Assembly: GCA_963760365.1 (NCBI GenBank)
Contig: CAVXDC010000030.1
Coordinates: forward strand, 12,663 to 76,662
From: an uncultured Phycisphaerae bacterium
Lineage (GTDB): Bacteria; Planctomycetota; Phycisphaerae; SM23-33
Direction of reading: 5' to 3'
DNA length: 64,000 bases
The position numbers and the translations under genes are program-made. Within the stretch, counting starts at the first letter, position 1. Each line of letters begins with the position of its first letter. Of this stretch, positions 9,906 to 19,530 are shown piece by piece. The notes under the pieces were generated by a model. That model was not told where the DNA came from. It saw nothing but the letters and a program-made list of their open reading frames with translations, and made no database searches.

Positions 9906-11186
9906 TTGATGGAGTATGGAGAAAAGAACATGGCCTTTATCTTAAATGACCTGGGCGCCGTCGAGTCCGCCGTCCGCCAGGCCGTCGCCTCCACGACCGC
10001 CTCGGACATCCACACCCACCTGTTCCCCACCGCCCACGGCAAGCTGCTGCTGTGGGGCATCGACGAGCTGCTAACCTACCACTACCTGGTGGCCGAGCTG
10101 TTCACCGTCGCCCCGCGCGAGCTGACGTACCCGAAGTTCTGGGCCCTGCCCAAGACCGCCCAGGCGGACCTGGTGTGGGAACACGTGTTCCTGCGTCATG
10201 GGCCCATCGGGGAGTCCGCCCGCGGCTTGCTGACGGCGCTGTGGATGCTGGGGCTGGACACCACCACGCGGAATATAGCCGGCATCCGCCGCTGGTTCGC
10301 CGGCCAGAAGCTCCAGGACTACCTGGACAAAGTCTTTGAGCTGGCCAACATCGACTACGCGGTGATGACCAACAATCCCTTCGTGGCTGAGGAGGCCGGG
10401 CACTGGAAGGCCGGGCGGCCCAAAGGCAACTGCTTCAAGACCGCCCTGCGGATCGACACGCTGATTGTGGATTGGGCTTCAGCCTCCAAGGCCATGCGGG
10501 CCGGGGGATACAAGACAGCCGCGGCCGGCGGGGCGGCGGCGTTCACCCAGGCCCGGCGGTTCCTGGCCGATTGGGTCGGCATCCTCAAGCCCGTGTACCT
10601 GGCGGCCTCACTGCCACCGGACTTCGCGTACCCCTCGGCGGCGATGAGCTCCAAGGTGATGGACCAGGTGGTCCTGCCGACGGCGCGGGAGTTCGGCCTG
10701 CCGGTGGCGATGATGATGGGCGTCCGCAAGCGGGTCAACCCGGCCTTGGGCGATGGCGGGGACGGGATCGGCGAGAGCGACATGTCGGCCCTGCTGCACC
10801 TGCTGCAACGGCACGAGGACGTGAAGTTCATCGCCACGTTGCTATCGCGGGTCAATCAGCACGAGCTGTGCGTGCTGGCCCGCAAGTTCAACCACCTCCA
10901 CGTCGAGGGCTGCTGGTGGTTCTGCAACAATCCCAGCATCATCGAGGAGATCACGCGGATGCGGATCGAGATGCTGGGGACGGCCTTCACCGTCCAGCAC
11001 AGCGATGCCCGCGTGCTGGACCAGCTCATCTACAAGTGGGCGCACGTGCGGACGATCCTGGCCGACGTCCTGGCCGAGAAGTACCGCGACATCTTCCTTG
11101 CCGGCTGGCGGCCGAGCGAGGAGGAGATCCAACGCGACGTGCGCAGCCTGCTGGGCGGGACGTTCGAGGAGTTCTGCAAGAAGTAA
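9906..11186 (+). CDS. glucuronate isomerase (UxaC)-like amidohydrolase-fold protein
   Basis: Intact 426-aa ORF. DIHTHLFP, LLTYHYL and the C-terminal CWWFCNN...HSDARVLDQLIYKWAHVRTIL pattern parallel the UxaC DYHCHL / GWWFND / TDSRSFLSY blocks, recalled from memory. The start could instead be the ATG at 9930. Confidence 0.55.
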   Translation: MMEYGEKNMAFILNDLGAVESAVRQAVASTTASDIHTHLFPTAHGKLLLWGIDELLTYHYLVAELFTVAPRELTYPKFWALPKTAQADLVWEHVFLRHGPIGESARGLLTALWMLGLDTTTRNIAGIRRWFAGQKLQDYLDKVFELANIDYAVMTNNPFVAEEAGHWKAGRPKGNCFKTALRIDTLIVDWASASKAMRAGGYKTAAAGGAAAFTQARRFLADWVGILKPVYLAASLPPDFAYPSAAMSSKVMDQVVLPTAREFGLPVAMMMGVRKRVNPALGDGGDGIGESDMSALLHLLQRHEDVKFIATLLSRVNQHELCVLARKFNHLHVEGCWWFCNNPSIIEEITRMRIEMLGTAFTVQHSDARVLDQLIYKWAHVRTILADVLAEKYRDIFLAGWRPSEEEIQRDVRSLLGGTFEEFCKK

Positions 11187-11196
11187 TCGCCAGCCG

Positions 11197-11999
11197 CTAT
11201 CTCCCCAGTTCCCGGCTTTTTGCCGCGGCGGCGCGAATGGCGGCGATGAGGGCGTCTTTGACTCCTGCGCGCTGGAGCGTCTCGATGGCCCGTTGGGTCG
11301 TGCCGCCGGGGCTGGTGACCTTGGCCCGCAGCACTTCAGGCCTTTCGCCCGTCTCGGTGAGCATCTTTCCAGCTCCGGCGCAGGTGGCGGCTGCCAGGCT
11401 CGCGGCCACGTCGGCGGGCAATCCCTCGGCCGCACCCGCGGCAATCATGGCCTCGACGAGATAGAAAAAGTACGCCGGCCCGGAGCCTGACACGGCCGTG
11501 ACGGCATCCATCAGGCCTTCGTCCACGCGACACGTCATCCCACCGGCGGCGAACAGCCGCTCGGTCCATCGCAGGTCGTCTTCCGTTGCTCGGGGCCCGG
11601 CGGCGATGGCCGAGGCCCCGCAGCCGACGAGCATCGGCGTGTTGGGCATCACGCGGACGATCCGGCCGCGCCGCCCAGGCCGCGGTCGATCGTGGCCGTC
11701 TTGACGCCCGCGGCGATGGAGATGACCGTCGCGTCCGCCCGCACGGCCTCGGAAATCTCCGCCAGCACCGCCAGCAGCACCTGAGGCTTGACGGATAGCA
11801 ACACGTGCGGGCAGGCCGCCGCGGCGGCATTTTCGGCCTTGCACGCCACGCCCACCGCCGCAAGGGCCTTCAATCGCTCAGTCGATGGGTCGGTGGCCAG
11901 GATGGCCTTGGCTTTCAGCACGCCGGCCCGTAAGACGCCCAGGACGATAGCCTCGGCCATGTTCCCGGCCCCGATAATGCCCAGTTCATATCTGCCCAT
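11197..11999 (-). CDS. proC: pyrroline-5-carboxylate reductase (one frameshift near 11650-11700)
   Basis: N-terminus MGRYELGIIGAGNMAEAIVLGVL (Rossmann GxGxxA) is in ORF 11649-12206. The C-terminus VMPNTPMLVG..SGSGPAYFFYLVEAMI..VTSPGGTTQRAIETL is in ORF 11197-11844. Confidence 0.88.
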
Positions 12000-12241
12000 A
12001 GGGGACGTTACTCCTTCCCCCGCTAGCGTAACCTGACCCGGGGTGGTTGGAAAGAGACGCATCGGCGTTTCGTCAATCCCCCGCTCACCGCAGCGAGTCG
12101 CCGTGGCGACCTGACGGCGGGGGCTGCCCCGTGGAGATCGCCATTCCCATAAGACCACCCCACAAGACCGGTGCCTCCGCGGCCCAGAAATGCTATTGAA
12201 GCCCACGCTCGAAAAAGAGACGATAGAGAATCGAGTTCGAC

Positions 12242-14063
12242 ATGGAACTGCCTTCTCGAAACATCGGTGACAGGCTGCTCAAGCCGGGCGAATGCCTGGA
12301 CATCCGCCGTCGCCTGCGGCGGATGACGCCCCAACACAATCTGACGGCCGTCGTGGTCTGCGCGTTTGACCCGCGGACGCGCATGCTGCCGTTCTACTAC
12401 TCCAGCACCCACATGGCCCCCGGGGCGCACGGGCCATCGGGGCGGCCCTGGCCGACGCGGGCATCCACAGAACCCGCATCGTGCTCCAGCAGTGGAACCC
12501 CCACGTCCGGCCTTGCCGGATGGTCCTGGACGGGCGTGTGCCCGACCTGCTGCTCATCTCCAGCATGCAGATCCATGCCGCAGCGTGCGAAGCGATTATC
12601 CGCGATGCCTGCCGAATGTCCCCGGCGTCGCGTCCGCTGATCATCGCCGGGGGCCCCAGGGCCATCTATGAGCCTTGGAGCCTGTTCAGCGCCGAACCGG
12701 CCGATCCCTGGGCGGCCGACGTGGCCGTCACCGGGGAGGAATACGTGCTGCTGAATCTCCTGGAGGTGCTGCTCAACGAGCGGACCCGCAGTGAGACGCT
12801 ACGATCCGCCTTCCTCCGCGCGAGGGACGACGGCAGCCTGGACCAGGTGCCGGGTCTGGTGTACGCACGAGGCGGCCCCAGCGCCACCGCTGAGGACCTT
12901 GTGGATACGGGAATTCAGCGCCTCGTGGGGGACCTCGACGAACTGCCGCACCCGGTGCTGGGCTACGGGTTACTGGAGCCGCCTTCACGCCGAGCGACGC
13001 TGGCTCCCGGGCCGCTGGAGGCCGGTCGGGTTCTCAGGCATAGCCCCATCGGGTCGCTGGTATTCACTTTGGGATGCAAGTTCTCCTGCCCGTATTGCCC
13101 CATCCCCGCGTACAACCAGCGCCAGTACCGCGCAAGAGCGCCGAACGCATCGCCGACGAGATGTCGCAACTGAACGAGCGATACGGCCTGCGGTTCTTCT
13201 TCGGCACGGATGACAACTTCTTCAACGAACGGGATCGAACGGTCTCCATTGTCGAAACCCTTTCCCGTGCGGAGACGGGCGGCCGGCCGCTGCGCCATCG
13301 GGTCCGCTGGGGCACGGAAGTCACCGTGCATGACACGCTGGGTATGAGGGATCACCTGTCCGCGGTGCGAAAAGCCGGTGCGCTGGCCCTGTGGCTGGGC
13401 GTGGAGGACATGACCGCCACGTTCGTCAGGAAAGGCCAGAGCGTCGATAAGACCCTCGAGGCGTTCGGGCTGCTTCGCCGGCACAATATCCTGCCCGTGC
13501 CGATGCTGATGCACCACGACGGCCAACCGCTCTACACGCGAACCTCCCCGTACGGACTGATCAACCAAATCAGGCTGCTCCGCCAAGCCGGGGCGATCGA
13601 CATGCAGGTGCTCACGATGACACCCGCCGTCGGCTCCCGGGTCTACGAGGAACCCTTCCACGCCGGCCAGATGATCCAGAGTGCCGCCGGCAAGTCCGTC
13701 GAGCCGTACATGCTGGATGGGAACTATGTGGTCGCCTCGAGCGAGGCCCAGCCCTGGCGGATGCAGCTTCGCGTCACCGCGGCGCTGGCGTACTTCTACA
13801 ATCCTCTTCGGCTGCTGGGATCGTTAATCCGTCCCAAAAGCAGCCGATACCTGATCGACGCCAGCGTCCAAGGGATCGGCTTGTGGGGCTTGATTCACAC
13901 GCTGCCCCGCACGCTCGGCTGGGCGATGCGGCTCATGACGGGCAAAATCAAGCGGTGGTCGCAACCCCCGGAGACTCACCTGCGATTGACCGGCATCGAC
14001 GGAGTCCCCGCCAGTCACGGACACCGCTTTGCCCCCGCAGCCGCGGTGGGATCCTCCGCCTGA
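12242..14063 (+). CDS. B12-binding-domain radical SAM protein (two frameshifts, near 12425 and 13130)
   Basis: The N-terminal part is PDLLLISSMQIHAAACEAIIRDAC..PLIIAGGPRAI (B12-binding-like fold). The radical SAM cysteine triad is GCKFSCPYCPIP (CxxxCxxC). This is followed by RFFFGTDDNFF, LWLGVEDM and a hydrophobic C-terminus. The substrate is unknown. Confidence 0.7.
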
Positions 14064-14290
14064 TGGCCTCCTGAAGCAGGCGAACAGGCCAGCTCTCCCT
14101 GTCCGCATCAAAAAGAGGCTCGTTCTGTCTCCATAGTACGGCGATGGAGCATCGGCGAAGTCCCACCTGCCGTCTCTCGACATGCCCAGGCACCCGTAGG
14201 GACGCCCCCGGCAAAAACTGGCAGAACAAGGCGGGGGACAAGATACAATAAAGCAACGGTTGGCCCCAAAAAACTCACAGGGAGATCACC

Positions 14291-14959
14291 ATGATGATTG
14301 CCATTCGCTACATCGTCCCCATGGCCCTGGCCGCCGCGGCGGCGGTGGTGTGCCTGGCGGCGGGAACCCCCAAACCTTCCAACGCCTTGCCTCCTCCGGA
14401 GACCAAGGGGAGCAAGTCGCTGGAGGAAGTTTTGGCCGCCCGGCGGTCCGTGCGGCGATTCAAGCCCGACCCGCTGACCGTCGAGCAGATCGGCCAGCTC
14501 TGCTGGGCCGCCCAAGGCATCACCGACCCAAAGCGCGGCCTGCGCACGGCCCCCTCGGCCGGGGCGCTGTACCCGCTGGAACTCTACGTCGCGACGGCCG
14601 AGGGCGTGGACCGCTACGTCCCCGCCACGCACAGCCTCCAGCGCCACCTGGACGGCGACGCCCGACCGGCCCTTCAGGACGCCGCCCTTCGTCAGCCTTG
14701 GGTTGGCCAGGCACCGGCGGTGTTCGTCATCGCGGCCGACATGCATCACCTGGAGCGAAAGTACGGGGAGCGATCCGCTCGCTTCGTACACTTAGAGGCC
14801 GGCCACGCCGGGCAGAACTTCCTGCTCCAGGCCGTGGCGCTGGACTTAGGCGCGGTGCCCGTCGGGGCGTATGACGACGCCCAGGTCGTCAAGGCGCTGC
14901 AACTGCCGGCCGAGCAGACGCCGCTGTACCTGATCCCCGTGGGCCAGCCTGGCCGGTGA
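14291..14959 (+). CDS. SagB-type/nitroreductase-family dehydrogenase with N-terminal signal/anchor (paralog 1)
   Basis: Intact 222 aa. The hydrophobic N-terminus has a conserved Cys (AAAAVVCLAAG). Other motifs are RRSVRRF, PSAGALYPLELYV and EAGHAGQNFLLQAVALDLGAVPVG. Confidence 0.75.
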   Translation: MMIAIRYIVPMALAAAAAVVCLAAGTPKPSNALPPPETKGSKSLEEVLAARRSVRRFKPDPLTVEQIGQLCWAAQGITDPKRGLRTAPSAGALYPLELYVATAEGVDRYVPATHSLQRHLDGDARPALQDAALRQPWVGQAPAVFVIAADMHHLERKYGERSARFVHLEAGHAGQNFLLQAVALDLGAVPVGAYDDAQVVKALQLPAEQTPLYLIPVGQPGR

Positions 14960-15058
14960 GGCGCTTCCGCCGTCTCCCCGTGGCAGTATTCGTGGCCCGG
15001 TGTGGGTACAATAGGACAGGCCTATGGTTCCCCATCGAACGTTTACAGGAGATCACCT

Positions 15059-15748
15059 ATGACCATCCGAACTCGCTCCATGATTCCCCTGGCTCTGGCC
15101 CTTGCCGCGACGATGGTATGCCTGGCTGAAGTGGCGACCAAACCGGCTGAAGTAGCTACCAAACCGGCGGTGTCCTTGCCTCCGCCCGTGACGAAAGGGA
15201 CCAAGTCGCTGGAGGAAGTCCTGGCCACCCGGCGGTCCGTGCGGCAGTTCAAGCCCGACCCGCTGACCGTCGAGCAGATCGGCCAGCTTTGCTGGGCCGC
15301 CCAGGGCGTCACCGAACCCAAACGCGGCCTCCGCACGGCCCCTTCAGCCATGGCCAGGTACCCGCTGGAACTCTACGTGGTGACGGCCGAGGGCGCCCGC
15401 CACTATGTCCCCGCCCACCACGCGCTGGAGACCCACGTCGAAGGTGACGCGCTGGCCACGCTGCGGGCCTCCGCCGGCCGACAACGCTCCGTCGCCCAGG
15501 CGCCGGCGGTATTCGTCTTTGCTGCCGTGCCGAGCCGGCTGGGCGGTCGATTCCCCGAGCGCGCGCAGCGATGGGTGGACCTGGAGGTCGGGCACGCCGC
15601 TCAGAACCTACTCCTGGAGGCTGTGGCGCTGGGACTGGGCGCGGTGCCGGTGGGTGGCTACGACGAAGCGGCCGTGGCCAAGGCCCTCCAGCTCCCCGAA
15701 GGGCAGCAGGTCTGTTACCTGATCCCCGTCGGCGAACCGGCGAAGTGA
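15059..15748 (+). CDS. SagB-type/nitroreductase-family dehydrogenase with N-terminal signal/anchor (paralog 2)
   Basis: Intact. The same architecture as 14291-14959, and the DNA is nearly identical over the first ~300 nt of the mature part. It has the same GGAGATCACC-ATG ribosome-binding context and a TACAAT-like box upstream. It contains a 21-bp internal duplication (AEVATKP x2, 15127-15168). Confidence 0.75.
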   Translation: MTIRTRSMIPLALALAATMVCLAEVATKPAEVATKPAVSLPPPVTKGTKSLEEVLATRRSVRQFKPDPLTVEQIGQLCWAAQGVTEPKRGLRTAPSAMARYPLELYVVTAEGARHYVPAHHALETHVEGDALATLRASAGRQRSVAQAPAVFVFAAVPSRLGGRFPERAQRWVDLEVGHAAQNLLLEAVALGLGAVPVGGYDEAAVAKALQLPEGQQVCYLIPVGEPAK

Positions 15749-15794
15749 GCTGACGCGCCAGATGCGGGCGGGACGCCTGGGCTACCTTCCGAAG

Positions 15795-16340
15795 CTACTC
15801 CAGGTTGGCGTGGCGCTGGCGGAATTCGTCCATGTCCAGTCGCAGCCGATCTGACAGGACGTTGAAGACCGCATCCAGGCACAGGCTGGCGGCGTGCTCG
15901 AAGACCGCCGCCCGAAGCACGATGTCGTCTTCGCTGGCGGGGATAACGACGACCTTGTCGGCCTTGCAGGCCAGGGCACTTTGCGGCTCAGCCGTCAAGG
16001 CCACGACCTTGGCCCCCAACTGCCGGGCGCGCTGGGCGATGTAATCGGTGATGCCGGTGGCGCCCGTGCAACTGATGGCCACCAGCAGGTCGCCGTTCCC
16101 GGCCGCGGGGGTGATGGTCTCTCCGGGCACAAAGGCGGGCAGCCCGGCGTGCATCAGGCGCATGCCGAAGCTGCGGGCGACTAGGCCGCTGCGGCCTGCC
16201 CCGGTCACGAACGTCCGCCGCGCCCGCGGCAGCAGGTCGGCCAGCTCGAGCAACCCCTTCCAGTCGGCCTTGTCCATCACGGCCGCGATGCGGGTCAGCA
16301 GGTCCTGACCGGCCACTCGGACTGCATCCCTGTCAGACAT
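15795..16340 (-). CDS. hxlB: 6-phospho-3-hexuloisomerase (SIS domain)
   Basis: Intact 181 aa: RRTFVTGAGRSGLVARSFGMRLMHAG..DLLVAISCTGATGIT..ARQLGAKVVALT, the typical PHI/SIS pattern. It lies immediately downstream of the HPS gene. Confidence 0.8.
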   Translation of the reverse strand: MSDRDAVRVAGQDLLTRIAAVMDKADWKGLLELADLLPRARRTFVTGAGRSGLVARSFGMRLMHAGLPAFVPGETITPAAGNGDLLVAISCTGATGITDYIAQRARQLGAKVVALTAEPQSALACKADKVVVIPASEDDIVLRAAVFEHAASLCLDAVFNVLSDRLRLDMDEFRQRHANLE

Positions 16341-16347
16341 GGAACAC

Positions 16348-16447
16348 CATTGCCAATTGCCAATTGCCAATTGCCGATTGCCGTAACACGGCTTCGCAAC
16401 GATTCTGCATCCATTGGAAATTGGCAATCGGCATTCGGCAATCATCC
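16348..16447. repeat. inverted arrays of the heptamer AATTGCC (imperfect long hairpin) between the HPS-RraA and PHI genes
   Basis: The left arm is CATTGCC AATTGCC AATTGCC AATTGCC GATTGCC G (16348-16383). The right arm GGAAATTGGCAATCGGCATTCGGCAATC (16417-16444) is its degenerate reverse complement. The loop is about 30 nt. Confidence 0.85.
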
Positions 16448-17749
16448 TATTTCCGGCCCGCCGCCTTTTTGGTCCCAGCGGGCCAGGTTGAGCACCGCTC
16501 CCAGCGTGCTGCCGCTGCGAATCTCGGTGCGGATGCGGTTCTCGGCCTCCAGCACGTCCGCGGCGCGGTTCGCCAGCTCGACGGCGCGCTCCTTGGGCAG
16601 CACGATCACGCCGTCGTCGTCGGCCGCGATCCAGTCCCCAGGAAAGACTCGCTGGCCGGCGATGGTGACGGGCACGTTGATCTGGCCCATCCCCTTGGGG
16701 TCCCCGGCGTGCGAACAGACCAGTCGCGCCAGACGGGGAACTCCAATCGGCGGATTTCGGCCGTGTCGCGGACCGCCCCGTGCACCACCAGGCCCGCAAG
16801 CTTTTTATTCTTGGCGCTCTCGGTGGCCAGTTCCCCCCAGACAGCCGGGGGCAGGCCGCCGGCGTCGATCACGATGATCTGGCCCTCCTCGGCCACGTCG
16901 ATGGCCTGGACGGGCTTGGACCAGTCGCCCGGCATCGTCCGCACCGTGACCGCCGGGCCGCAGGCGGATGATCCCGGGAAGATCGCACGCAGACCTTCCA
17001 GGCAAGGTTGGCGGTGGTTGCCATCGGAGATATTGCTGGTGCGGACAGCCGCCAGGACCGCCCGCAGGTTCTTGCCGTCGGTCCGCTTGAACAGCGCACT
17101 GGCGACGGGACGAGCGCTGTCCAAGGCCTTGCGGATGTCGGCGGTGGCGGCCTGGGGATCGACGGCCTTGGTGATCGCACCCCCGACGATGACCACGTCC
17201 GCTCCGGCTGCGGCGACCTCGGCGGCGGTTTGACTGTTGATCCCGCCCGCCACGGCCAGCGTCAGGTCGGTGGCGCTACGAAGCTGCCTTAGCAGCTCCA
17301 GCGGATCGGCGCCGGCCATCTGGGCGTCGATGGCGCAGTGCACGTCCAACCAGGCCGCGCCCAGTTGCTTGACTTTGGCTGCCAGGGCCAGTGGATCGGC
17401 GACGCCCAGGGTGTCCACGGCCACGAGCAGCCCGTAGTGCCGCCCAGCCTCGACGGCCTCGCGGATCGTGGACTCCGAGGCCGTTCCGCTGACGGTCATC
17501 ACGTTCGCCCCGGCCTTGGCGGCGGCCTCGGCCTCCAGGCGACCGGTGTCCATCGTCTTGGTGTCGGCGATGATGAGCTTGCCGGGAAACTCCGCGCAGG
17601 CGGCGGACGGCCTCCAGGCCCTCGCTCTTGATCAGCGGCGTGCCGGCCTCCAGGTAGTCCGCCCCACCCGCTGCGGCCGCCCGCGCCACGGCCAGCGCCC
17701 GCGGCAGCTCCAAAAAGTCCAACGCCACCTGCAACTTGATCCGGCTCAT
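16442..17749 (-). CDS. hxlA: 3-hexulose-6-phosphate synthase fused to an RraA-like domain (two frameshifts)
   Basis: The N-terminus is MSRIKLQVALDFLELPRALAVA..YLEAGTPLIKSEG, then IIADTKTMDTGRLEAE..VVIVGGAITKA (OMPdecase/HPS fold). Next come NISDGNHRQ..VIDAGG..AVWGELATESAKNKKLAGLVVHGAVRD and GQINVPVTIAGQRVFPGDWIAADDDGVIVLP (RraA/aldolase-like). These lie across ORFs 17276-17803, 16606-17553 and 16442-16690. Confidence 0.8.
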
Positions 17750-17878
17750 CGGTTCCTCGCCCCTTCTTGGACCCAGCATAGCCGCAAGGAGGGGAGGAGA
17801 CAAGAACGCGCCTCCTCCCGCCGGCGAAGCCGGCGCCCGCGACGCACTGGTGATGGGGCTAAGGCTCCAAATGCGCTT

Positions 17879-18742
17879 CTAACACGGGCAGGCTGCGGCA
17901 CGGTGGATTATGGGATGGGCGAACGCCAGCCGTCGTGCCATGATCCGCACGGCCTGCTCGCTTGAGTCGATGAGCACAGCGGATCGGCCGTTGCGGACGG
18001 CGGCCTCGCCGGTCGTGCCGCTGCCGGCAAAGCTATCCAGCACGCGGTCGCCGGGGTTGGAGTGGATGCGGATGATCCGGTTGAGGATGCCTAGCGGCTT
18101 TTGCGCGGGGTAGCCGTTCTTTTCCTTGCCCGTGGGGCTGACGATCGTGTGCCACCAGACGTCCGTAGGCGTCTTGCCCCTTGCGGCCTTTTCTGGTGTG
18201 ACCAGCCCCGGGGCCATGTAGGGAATCCGCTCCATGTCCTGGTAGCGGAAGGTGTAGTGCTCGGGGTCCTTGGCGTACCACAGGATGTTGTCGTGCTTGG
18301 CCGGCCAGCGGCGCTTGCTGCGGGCACCGTAGTCGTAGGCCCAGACGATTTCGTTCATGAACGATTCGCGCCCGAAGATGGTGTCCAGCAGCACCTTGAC
18401 GTAGTGCACCTCGCGATAGTCCAGGTGCAAAAAGAAGCTGCCGTGCGGCTTGAGCAGACGATAGGCCTCCTGGAACCGGGGCTCCAGAAAACTCAAATAG
18501 TCATCGAAGCGGTCCGCGAACGACTTGCTTCCGACCCGGACGGTCCTGTAGCGCTGGCCCTTAAAGCCGCGGCGGTCGCCGCCGTCGTCGCGGACCGTTT
18601 GGATGCTGGTCCGAGCCTGCGTCTTGCCTGTATTGAACGGGGGATCGACGTAGATGAGGTCAAACAAACCGTCCGGAAAGCCAGGGGTGATGGCTAGGTT
18701 GTCCCCCAGGTAGATGTCCACCGTCACGTCAGCCGCCGCCAC
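17879..18742 (-). CDS. DNA methyltransferase, N6-adenine/N4-cytosine type (beta class), orphan
   Basis: Motif IV DPPF (LIYVDPPFNTGK) precedes motif I FAGSGTTGEAA. The N6_N4_Mtase pattern NEIVWAY..WPAKHDNILWY..YPAQKPLGILNRII is present. The ORF is open to 18880, but GTG at 18742 follows AAGGAGAG. No restriction enzyme gene is nearby. Confidence 0.75.
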   Translation of the reverse strand: MAAADVTVDIYLGDNLAITPGFPDGLFDLIYVDPPFNTGKTQARTSIQTVRDDGGDRRGFKGQRYRTVRVGSKSFADRFDDYLSFLEPRFQEAYRLLKPHGSFFLHLDYREVHYVKVLLDTIFGRESFMNEIVWAYDYGARSKRRWPAKHDNILWYAKDPEHYTFRYQDMERIPYMAPGLVTPEKAARGKTPTDVWWHTIVSPTGKEKNGYPAQKPLGILNRIIRIHSNPGDRVLDSFAGSGTTGEAAVRNGRSAVLIDSSEQAVRIMARRLAFAHPIIHRAAACPC

Positions 18743-18772
18743 GTTCCGCCTCTCCTTGACTTCACTGCCATT

Positions 18773-19501
18773 ATGGCCACCGCGCCGATGTCCGCAAGGT
18801 CCCGCTTTGCCTTGACCGCCCGGTGGAGGGGATTCTATCCTCATTCCATGAGGCCGCTGTCGTCCAGTCATCTCCGCCATCGCAAGGGCAAGCCCTGGGA
18901 CACTTCCGGCGTGCTGCTGGAAGGTCTGCCGGCCTCGGTTCCGCTGGACCTACCGGCCATCTTCGGCAATGGTCGGCCTGTGGAGCTGGAGATCGGCAGC
19001 GGTAAGGGCACTTTCCTGCTGGCCCGGGCCACCGCCCAACCGGAGTTGAACTTTCTGGGGATCGAGCGGGCCAAGGCCTACTGCGCCTACGCCGCCGACC
19101 GGGCCCACCGGGCAGGTCTGACCAACGTCCATCTGCTCTGCGCCGATGCCGGCGACCTGGTGCGAAGCCGCCTGGCCGAGCGGTCGGTGTGGCGGATGCA
19201 CATCTACTTCCCCGACCCCTGGCCCAAGCGCCGCCACCATCGCCGCCGGCTCATCCAGCCGACCTTCCTTGCCGCCGCCCGACGCTGCCTGGCCATCGGC
19301 GGCCAGCTCATCATCGTCACGGACCACCTGGACTACTACCGGCGCATCCAGGCCGTCCTTGCCGGCACCGAGGGACTCGCGGCCGTGCCGTTGCCGAGGA
19401 TGAGCGACAAGGACGGGGAACTGGTGGGGAGCAACTTCGAGCGGAAGTACATCGCCCAAGGCCGACCGTTTTACGGGGCAGCGAGAATGCGTTACGCCTG
19501 A
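18773..19501 (+). CDS. trmB: tRNA (guanine46-N7)-methyltransferase
   Basis: VELEIGSGKGTFLLARA..NFLGIE.., HIYFPDPWPKRRHHRRRL and SNFERKY are TrmB hallmarks. The start may instead be the ATG at 18848. Confidence 0.85.
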   Translation: MATAPMSARSRFALTARWRGFYPHSMRPLSSSHLRHRKGKPWDTSGVLLEGLPASVPLDLPAIFGNGRPVELEIGSGKGTFLLARATAQPELNFLGIERAKAYCAYAADRAHRAGLTNVHLLCADAGDLVRSRLAERSVWRMHIYFPDPWPKRRHHRRRLIQPTFLAAARRCLAIGGQLIIVTDHLDYYRRIQAVLAGTEGLAAVPLPRMSDKDGELVGSNFERKYIAQGRPFYGAARMRYA

Positions 19502-19530
19502 GCTCCGGGGGGGGCCGAGGCACCGGGCCT

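Noticed and set aside
12000-12241. Possible cobalamin riboswitch in the 240-nt GC-rich leader upstream of the B12-binding radical SAM gene (strings such as GGTTGGAAAGAG, AATCCCCCGC, GCTGCCCCG, AAGACCGGTGCC).
   Set aside because: I could not find an intact B12 box (GCCACTG) or the ordered conserved core. B12-dependent radical SAM genes are not typical riboswitch targets. A covariance-model scan (RF00174) is needed before making any claim.
16348-16447. The heptamer arrays (here and at 51945-52022 and 62431-62570) as a CRISPR array or telomere-like repeat.
   Set aside because: The units are 7 nt and directly abutting, with no spacers of 25-40 nt. The arrays are tiny and inverted, and no cas genes are present. 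The similarity of GGTTAG to a permuted TTAGGG is superficial because the period here is 7 nt with an AG insertion.
17879-18880. The DNA methyltransferase as part of a restriction-modification or other defence island.
   Set aside because: No endonuclease, specificity, helicase/ATPase or mobile-element genes flank it. The neighbours are metabolic and tRNA-modification housekeeping genes.
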